A stretch of 57,215 nt of DNA, counting the filler, from Sphacelaria rigidula (Eukaryota): assembly GCA_964200075.2 (NCBI GenBank). It is 7 parts of 7 records of this genome, joined end to end, with 100 filler letters (N's around TTAATTAATTAA, not from the genome) between each part and the next. Parts side by side here need not be neighbours in the genome. Positions count along the whole stretch, not along the records: positions 49,129 to 57,215 come from CAXNAA020012351.1; 6 more parts are not named here. One strand, given 5' to 3'. The position numbers and the translations under genes were made by a program. Position 1 is the first letter of the stretch. Each line of letters starts with the position of its first letter. Positions 50,488-57,215 of the stretch are shown here, piece by piece. Under the pieces are notes generated by a model. The model did not search any database. It saw only the letters and a program-made list of their open reading frames with translations, and was not told where the DNA came from.

Positions 50488-52547
50488 CTGTTCGAATATC
50501 TGACTGACGAGGACTGCCCACAACACGTCCGAATCTGCAAAAAGCCAAGCGTCGAAACTGGTAACGATGCACGTCACACGAGGTCTTGTTCCAGTAAGCG
50601 ACTGTGGCTCATTAAGGGCAGATTCCACATCGTCCTCATCTCCGTGCTTCACATAGGCAAAGCATCCGCAGAGGCGGCAGCTCCAGCAAAGGCAGCTGGT
50701 CCCGTCGCAGCAGCGAGTGAACAAAACGTGTAACAGGGCTCCCACCCCAAAACGTGCGATGAACTGTTGGCACAAGCGTCGACGTGACGCCTTTTGAATC
50801 CCGCTGGCGCGAAGCCTCGCCAAGATGAGCTTCAGCAAAGATGACTGCGACGTTTTACAGGCCGAGGGGTTTGGAAGCGGGCACTTGTGACGGCATTATC
50901 ATTGAATGGAACATCGACATCTCGTGAGTGAAACCGGGTTGGTTGGGATTATTGCACACATCACCTCGCACTATTTTGCTGTAGCATCAAAAACGGTGAC
51001 TGTATGATGTTTCGTTTTTAATCTCTTCGTGAACTATCCCTTCGACTGCCACGGCGGATCATCTGTTGAACGGGCACCCTTTTCATTCGATGAATTGATG
51101 TAAGACCCAGATGACTTACCGGGCGGCAAAGGGGTGAGACAGAGGCGGTCGTCGCGCGCACGCTCTCCCTCTCCACAATAAACGGAATGAGCGGTGGGGA
51201 AGCACGCGTGAACAGATGCCTACTGCGACAGAGGTATATCACTACATACTAGTGCTGCGGTGACAGTCTTATCTTCACTCGCACTATGGAATTTTTGTGC
51301 GCGATCAGCATTCCGAATCAGCACAAGTAGTCTGACAGAAAAAATGGCGTGCGCGTATAAGGACAAAACTGTGACTTAAACATCGCTTCGGTATGCAAAC
51401 GCCACTTGAAATTCGAGCCAACATGCCACGCTCCCTCAGAAACTTGACCAGTGCGCATGTTTCGATACTCGAGGTGTTAGGGGCTGACAGCTATGGGTCG
51501 GATGAGGGGGAATGTTATCGCACGGTGTGGCGAATGGGGGTGAAAAGGCACGAAATATTTTTCACTAGGAATCACAAGAGTACAAACCTTTCCAGCTCCC
51601 CATTGGGCAAGTACACCGACGCCAACGGGCCAGGTCCCTGGCTTTAGGATTTGTTCTGCAATAACGTCGGCGTAGTCGCTAAAGTGCAGACAATCCTGTA
51701 CCGCGTCGTTCAACGGCACTTCCAGCAGGGATCCGCGCTCCCCAAATGAATCTGACAAAAGAAAACCAACACAGGTCAAGCAGTGGACATCAGCCGAGGA
51801 GGTAGGTGCGTGGAGTCTTGAAGGCGTGATTTTCTCGAATGCTGAGGCCCAATGGGTGGCATGAGAGTGTCCCGCTATTAGCGATATGAAGAATAGTGCA
51901 GGGTCCCGCGTTGCACGGTAACGCGGGATCGGATCGCGCGTGAGACTCCCATCCAATGAACATGAAACTCTCACGCGTACTACCAATGGACCCCGATGGC
52001 TACAGGTATGTGTGCGACACTGGGCTCTGTACGATGCTTCGAAGTTGAGGTTGAATTGGTGATCCTCATATCAACTCCAATTCCTGAAACAAAAACACAG
52101 ATATGGTCGACAATCTGCGGCTGTTACGTATCGAATCTCCGCACATTATTCGTTCGTATAAACTCAGCTGAGAATGGCCGTATAAATACCTCGAGAAATC
52201 TCGTGTAGAGCGCAAGAATCGATCCCTTCACTACTTCTCGCTTTACACTTGTCTGGCGAACAGACATGCAAGGAATACGTAAATACTCATTATATTAGCT
52301 TATAAGAGCTTGCTGCAAAAAAACAGATATTTACACAGACAAAACACAAATTGATGTGAACGACGGAAAACCGTACTTGTGGGAAATATACCGTTTCATG
52401 GCATTTGGCATACATACTCCTGGCCTGTTCCATCGAATCTTGTCCTCAAACAGCACATAGTAGTACGGCACCAAACTCACGTCTCAGGCTACAGCTCGGC
52501 AGTTCGATCTCGTCCGCACCGGTCATCAGGGATCGCTTAGACTCCAT
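50488..52547 (-). CDS. KAP-family P-loop NTPase, N-terminal exons 52547-52481, 51751-51588, 50844-50488; 3' part not found in this contig
   Basis: The spliced product reads MESKRSL...DCLHFSDYADVIAEQILKPGTWPVGVGVLAQWGAGK|SSLLKLI...IVTSFDAWLFADSDVLWAVLVSQIFEQ. This has the KAP hallmarks D.L....ya..la, the WGxGKS Walker A (formed across the splice junction) and F.aW.f.....lW..l...i. Splice sites are canonical and phases (1,0) match. Confidence 0.88.
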
Positions 52548-53654
52548 GAGTCAACGCGCCTGGAACAGAGGAATGGTTCAAATTTACGCGCATTTGCACG
52601 GAACAAATTACGAATCAAGTAAAGAACTCTAAGAGGAAGACAGCGGGAAAGAGCGGACGTTTCTGGTTTAGAGGGACCATGGTCTGACACACCAATGGAT
52701 CAAATAAGACACAAGCGATTGCGTATCACTCGGCATACGTCAACTCCAGCGAAGGAGCTGACATCATCGTACAGAGAAATAGCAGTTCATCGGGCGAGCC
52801 AGCGTATGTTTCAACACTGTAACAACCGTGACTTACTAACAACCAAGATGCCTCTTCAAACGTGGTCGTTAGCTGCTACACAGCCACATCACGGGAAATC
52901 ACCAAAAACCATTATCTTCGACCTGATGTCCAATATGTAAACATGTGCGGGTCACAAAGCAGTAGTATTGAAAATTCACACTTTACCACTGAGCTAGCAG
53001 GCAGCGCTGGCTGTTGTCTCAGTCGACACTTTAGTTAACTGTACACACGATCACTGAGCGAACAGTCCGCGCTGACTTGCAGCTCAACAGCTATGCGTAC
53101 TCCTGCCATACAGCCCCGTTGCTGCATAGCACAGTACATTAGTAGCAGTAGTGTTACTAGTAGTGGCAGCAGCAGCGGCAGCAGTAGTACACAGTTCCGC
53201 CCCCTGCCGACAGAACATTCTTTGAAATGTTCGCGCACCACCTCATCTCCAAGATTGGCTCCCGACATGAGGGCTGTGCAGCATCGACGACGTGTGTTGG
53301 GATCATGTGGTCCACAGCAAGCGCCGTGTCTATGGCCACAGTGCCTGTCGCGACTGATATACGTGCTTGTTACACAGGCTGGAGTGGCCCGGGTGGGCAG
53401 CCGAGACATGCTTTTCATCGATGAACATGTGGGTTCACCAAGGTATCCGCCGCTCGTTTGGCTTCTTGAGTCACAGTAATACCACCGTAGGGGTTGCACA
53501 TTCGGGCTCAAATCGTTTTCATCCAGGGGCTCGATCCCAAAGTCAGGAGCTACACCAAGATATGTGTCAGAGCATCCCCGTTTTCAAATTGATGCAAGAC
53601 GTCCATAGCCTATAAGGATGCTAATCGTGGTGTGCGCTCACATCTTTCGCACAG

Positions 53655-54715
53655 GCTAGTTCACGCTCATCATCCAAAAAACACTCATCGGCAAAAAAAC
53701 ATCACGCCGTTTGAAGGAGTCAGAGCCTGAAATTTTGCACTAATGTGCTATGGGTCAGTACGCAACTTTCGAAGGTCAAGGTTTTCTTCTTGACTTTTTT
53801 ACCCTTCTCCCCGTTCTTCGGGGGCCTCATTTTTTTCGAGGAAAAGTTCACGATTCGGACGAAACATCGCCGATTCGAATTACGAAATCCACTTTTTCTT
53901 GGGCCTGATCGATCGAAAGAGAGGAAAAGGTCGACCGCTGGTCAAACAGGTCTGCACACAACTTTTACACCATTCCACGTGCCTCGGCTGCGCGTACCTG
54001 GGTTGCAACGCTGAAAACAAAGCGTAAGGATTGATTCGCACTGTACGAATCAATCACACAAGAATCAAGTTATTTCAGGACGAATCATTAACTCGTCCGG
54101 CCCTTGGAAACTTCGATCCAGTCGGACCCCCGTGAACCAGTAAACAAACAGAAAATCTCGTTCATCAAAAGTTGCGTGATGACCCGTAGCACAATTGTGT
54201 CAAATGTTAGGATCTAACTTGTAAAAATGGCGTAAATGTTTTCGCTTTCGTGCGATGAACGTTTCCGTGCCACGGTGAAAGCGCAAACTACTTGATATTA
54301 GCAGTTTGAAAATGACGTTTTTGGGCTTTCTTTGACGTGAGCTTGTAAATTCAAGCACCAGTTCATCGAGTTTGGCCACGAATATGAGGGGCCTTTTATT
54401 GGGTTATGCGGCGACAGATTTAATGCGATATTTTGAAAGATCGCTGAGCCGGTTTTCCGGGGTCCCAAAATGGAGACTATGTTTCAAAACAGACGACTCA
54501 GATCCCGTCGGACCCCCGAAAAGCGCTAAAACAATTGAGAAGTAAAAACAACGTTGTCAATTGAAAGTTGTGTAATGATACATCGCATACTTGTGCAAAG
54601 TTCCAGGGTGTAACTTCTAGTAAAGGCGTGAAGTTCTGCGCGCTTGTGCGAGGATGTGAGCTTGCAACGTGCAAACTCCCAACTGCTTGGTTTCAGTATA
54701 AAAACGTCTTTTTAG
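53655..54715. repeat. Degenerate module of about 200 bp in three copies (one inverted, two direct)
   Basis: 53695-53768 is the reverse complement of about 54168-54243. 54115-54326 repeats at about 54501-54716, both starting GATCC.GTCGGACCCCCG. Confidence 0.6.
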
Positions 54716-54874
54716 GTGAATTTTACGTCAAGGCAAGAAATATTATCTGAGGTTTTCGAGATTCTCGAACAAACTTTGTTCATGCGTTCCTTGGATTATC
54801 CTGGGACGCATCATTTTATCCTTCTTGTGGGGCATTCTGTACCGCCTTCCGGGGTCTTTTGTTTTTTTGTGTGT

Positions 54875-55007
54875 GGGGGGGGGGGGGGGAACTCATGATC
54901 ATGCATGTCATAGTCATCAGACCATAGACCTCGCATCCCTACAAAGCCGGGACGGAGCACGCCGGGTTTTCGCCGGACCAGGCTCGCACTCAATCACCGA
55001 GGGGGGG
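54875..55007 (+). repeat. Copy of the G-tract-bounded repeat family
   Basis: G(n)-AACTCATGATCATGCATGTCATAGTCATCAGACCATAGACCTCGCATCCCTAC...CAATCACCGA-G7. Confidence 0.8.
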
Positions 55008-55011
55008 CAAA

Positions 55012-55253
55012 GCTACGGTAGGGGTGCACTTTTTGCGCAAATTCTTGTCTGGTTCAGGGGCTTCTAAGGATTCTAGATGCAAAAGAATATGGGTCGGGAC
55101 ATCCCCGTTTGCAATTTCATTCGGGATTTCCCTAGCACATTGGAATAGTAATCCTGGCATACTCTCACATATTTCATAAGTCGTGTTTTGGACGAGATAG
55201 AGGGTTCCTCACAATTTCAACCCCGGAAAATATCTGTGCACCCCTACCGTAGC
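55012..55253. mobile_element. MITE (242 bp) with perfect 18-bp TIRs, superfamily unassigned
   Basis: GCTACGGTAGGGGTGCAC ... GTGCACCCCTACCGTAGC. A second, partial copy is at 32821-33025. Confidence 0.85.
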
Positions 55254-56667
55254 ATCACTCGGGGGCTGTCGTAGAAAGTGTCAAACTTTGTAATAGTGTC
55301 AAGAATACACTTATTTCGGTTTGGAGCATCAATTTCAACGGAACTGCCAAGTTTGAGGGCGGTCTGAGCTTTTCTACTAGAGATGTAAGGGTAACCGTCA
55401 CGGGGCTCCCTGGGCCTTTCGTGCGTATCATTAGTGGAAATTAGACGACGTCGATATCCCACATTACCGAAACATCCCAGTTCCGGGTATAATTCGACCC
55501 CGTAGTAAACGTTTTCACAACTGCTTTCCCGTTGAATTCCCGAGCTGATGGCAATGACTAAGATTTCAAGCACGTGGAGATTGGGGGAACATTGGGCTTG
55601 GAGTTCGTGATTTCGATCTCGGAACAATTTGACGGGCGCTGATTGGTCGAGGTTCCTTTTCGCCTTTAGCGCTACCGGTGTAGCCTTAAACACAAATCCG
55701 GCTGTGTCGAGCTCTTCAGCTGTCCATGGTGGTCAGCATGATATCATGCATGCGACTACTGGGTAGGTATTGCAATAGGCGTTTGCTGATGACACAATTT
55801 CGGGTGATGGGCTTGAACCAGCCTGCACGTAATTGATGAGATAGAGGGCCCTTCGTCGGGCTGGTGTATATGTTGTTTCTGGTTATGCTGCGCGCTCGTG
55901 TGTATGGCGACGTTCATTCTCGGGGGAGGCGAGTTGAGGTCGGTGATTTGTGCGCTGAGCTCTGCACTAGCTCTAAAAGGTTGAGTAGTTCAACTCTGAG
56001 CTCTGTACTGAAAAACCGAGTCATTCAACGAAAACTTATAATTATTCTGGGCTACTGACGAGTGTACTCGAAACCGCACACCACTGCTATCCGATAATGA
56101 ACACTTACTCACAAGTTGTTTTGACATTCCTTTCCCCGCGTACTTTTCATCCATGGTCACGTCGTTTTGGTGTTCGAACTTGGTTAATACACTTTCTATC
56201 TACTACAACAATGCTTTCGTGAGATTGAGAGTAAAGGATACGATTGAGAGTGAAAAGCGGTCAATTCGTGATCTGATCATTTTAGTTCCGAAGTGCCCTT
56301 CCACGGAGCCCGATATGCTTTCTGCATAGCTTGGCACTAGGCCCTTGATATCCCCGAGTAGGATATCGACGTGTAGCTGTAAGCACGCGCCAGTGATGGA
56401 GGCACATAAAAGGGCACACGGAATGAAAAAATGGCAAAGTTGAAGCGAACGATCAAAGCTAAGCCACTTTCAATCAGCGTTCTACGCTCAAATCTTACGA
56501 AAACGTTGCTCTACGTCATTGCTTCAGCCCCAGCGAAATACAGCAAGAAGTAGTATACCATGCCGCAAAATCACCGATTTCACCCGTACGGGTCCACAAC
56601 TCCGTTGGACCCGAAGTGGTGCTATCAATACTGATCTACAAAGTGGTTCCCTGTGCAACTGTATAAC

Positions 56668-57195
56668 TGATCATCCCACCAACCCAACCGAACCCAGCCT
56701 GATCCTAACCCCAACCATGTCCCTAATCCTCCTAGCGAAATGTTGATGATGAACCCTCGGGCACAAGGGGGTTCGCGTCGGAGACAGTCACACAGTACCA
56801 GGAAAGGGAGCGTGTTGCTGGGAAAATGGAGTCACGCGCTCCTACACGCACCCAAAAACAAAAGAATCCGGGTACAACAAAATTGTGCGCTCGTGCAGGT
56901 GCTTCCAATGATCGTGGCGTAGAGGCATATGTCCCCAGGAACACTAACGGACCCGTGCGGCTCCCCACACGTCTGAGATCTGAGGTGTTTTCATTGTACT
57001 TGTCTGAAGAGTGATCGCTTGCGTCACTATTGATCATCCCACCAACCCAACCCGACCCGACTTAACCCTTAGACTAGACCGCGAGATTAGTCCTTCTGGA
57101 TCATGCATACTTTTTTTCAATTGAAATTGGTGCCGATTCAACAGAAGACTAACCTCGCGGTCTAAGGGTCAAGACTAACCCCAACGCTGACCCTG
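56668..57195. repeat. Direct repeat with degenerate CCCTAA/CCCAAC-like motifs
   Basis: TGATCATCCCACCAACCCAACC occurs at 56668 and 57031, each followed by CTAACCC-like units. A similar tract lies at 6963-6999. Confidence 0.6.
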
Positions 57196-57215
57196 CCACC
57201 CACAAAATGTAGATC

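Noticed and set aside
10985..52547. A multi-gene 'defence island' of SNF2, EF-hand, OTU and KAP genes
   Set aside because: Each gene is on a different contig, separated by artificial spacers, so their proximity is an artefact.
55244..55693. A 149-aa ORF with CAP-Gly-like YYGVEL
   Set aside because: It lacks the GKNDG motif and runs into a MITE, so it cannot be assigned.
1..57215. CRISPR arrays, rRNA genes or intact transposase/RT genes
   Set aside because: No regularly spaced repeat-spacer array, rRNA-like conserved sequence or long catalytic ORF was seen.

Overview
Eukaryotic, repeat-rich genomic DNA with GT-AG introns. It is most likely a brown alga (Phaeophyceae); this is an inference from intron style and repeat content, not a database result. 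The window is not one locus. It is seven unlinked contigs (six of 8088 bp, one of 8087 bp) joined by an artificial 100-bp spacer (N44-TTAATTAATTAA-N44), so no system spanning the spacers can be real. Genes I can support are partial and intron-containing: an MFS transporter first exon (contig 1), a badly decayed SNF2/Rad54-ATRX-like helicase pseudogene (contig 2), an EF-hand plus Cys-rich zinc-finger protein (contig 3), an A20-like OTU cysteine protease with catalytic Cys and His motifs (contig 6), and the N-terminal part of a KAP-family P-loop NTPase (contig 7). The rest is mostly non-autonomous mobile DNA: a tRNA-derived SINE, Stowaway-, hAT-, Harbinger- and Mutator-like TIR elements, foldback elements, LINE-like 3' tails, and an unclassified family whose copies are bracketed by G-tracts. 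The best novelty candidates are the spliced non-animal KAP NTPase, the OTU gene with an apparent repeat-donated splice acceptor, and the G-tract repeat family. Most ORFs in the supplied track are spurious.
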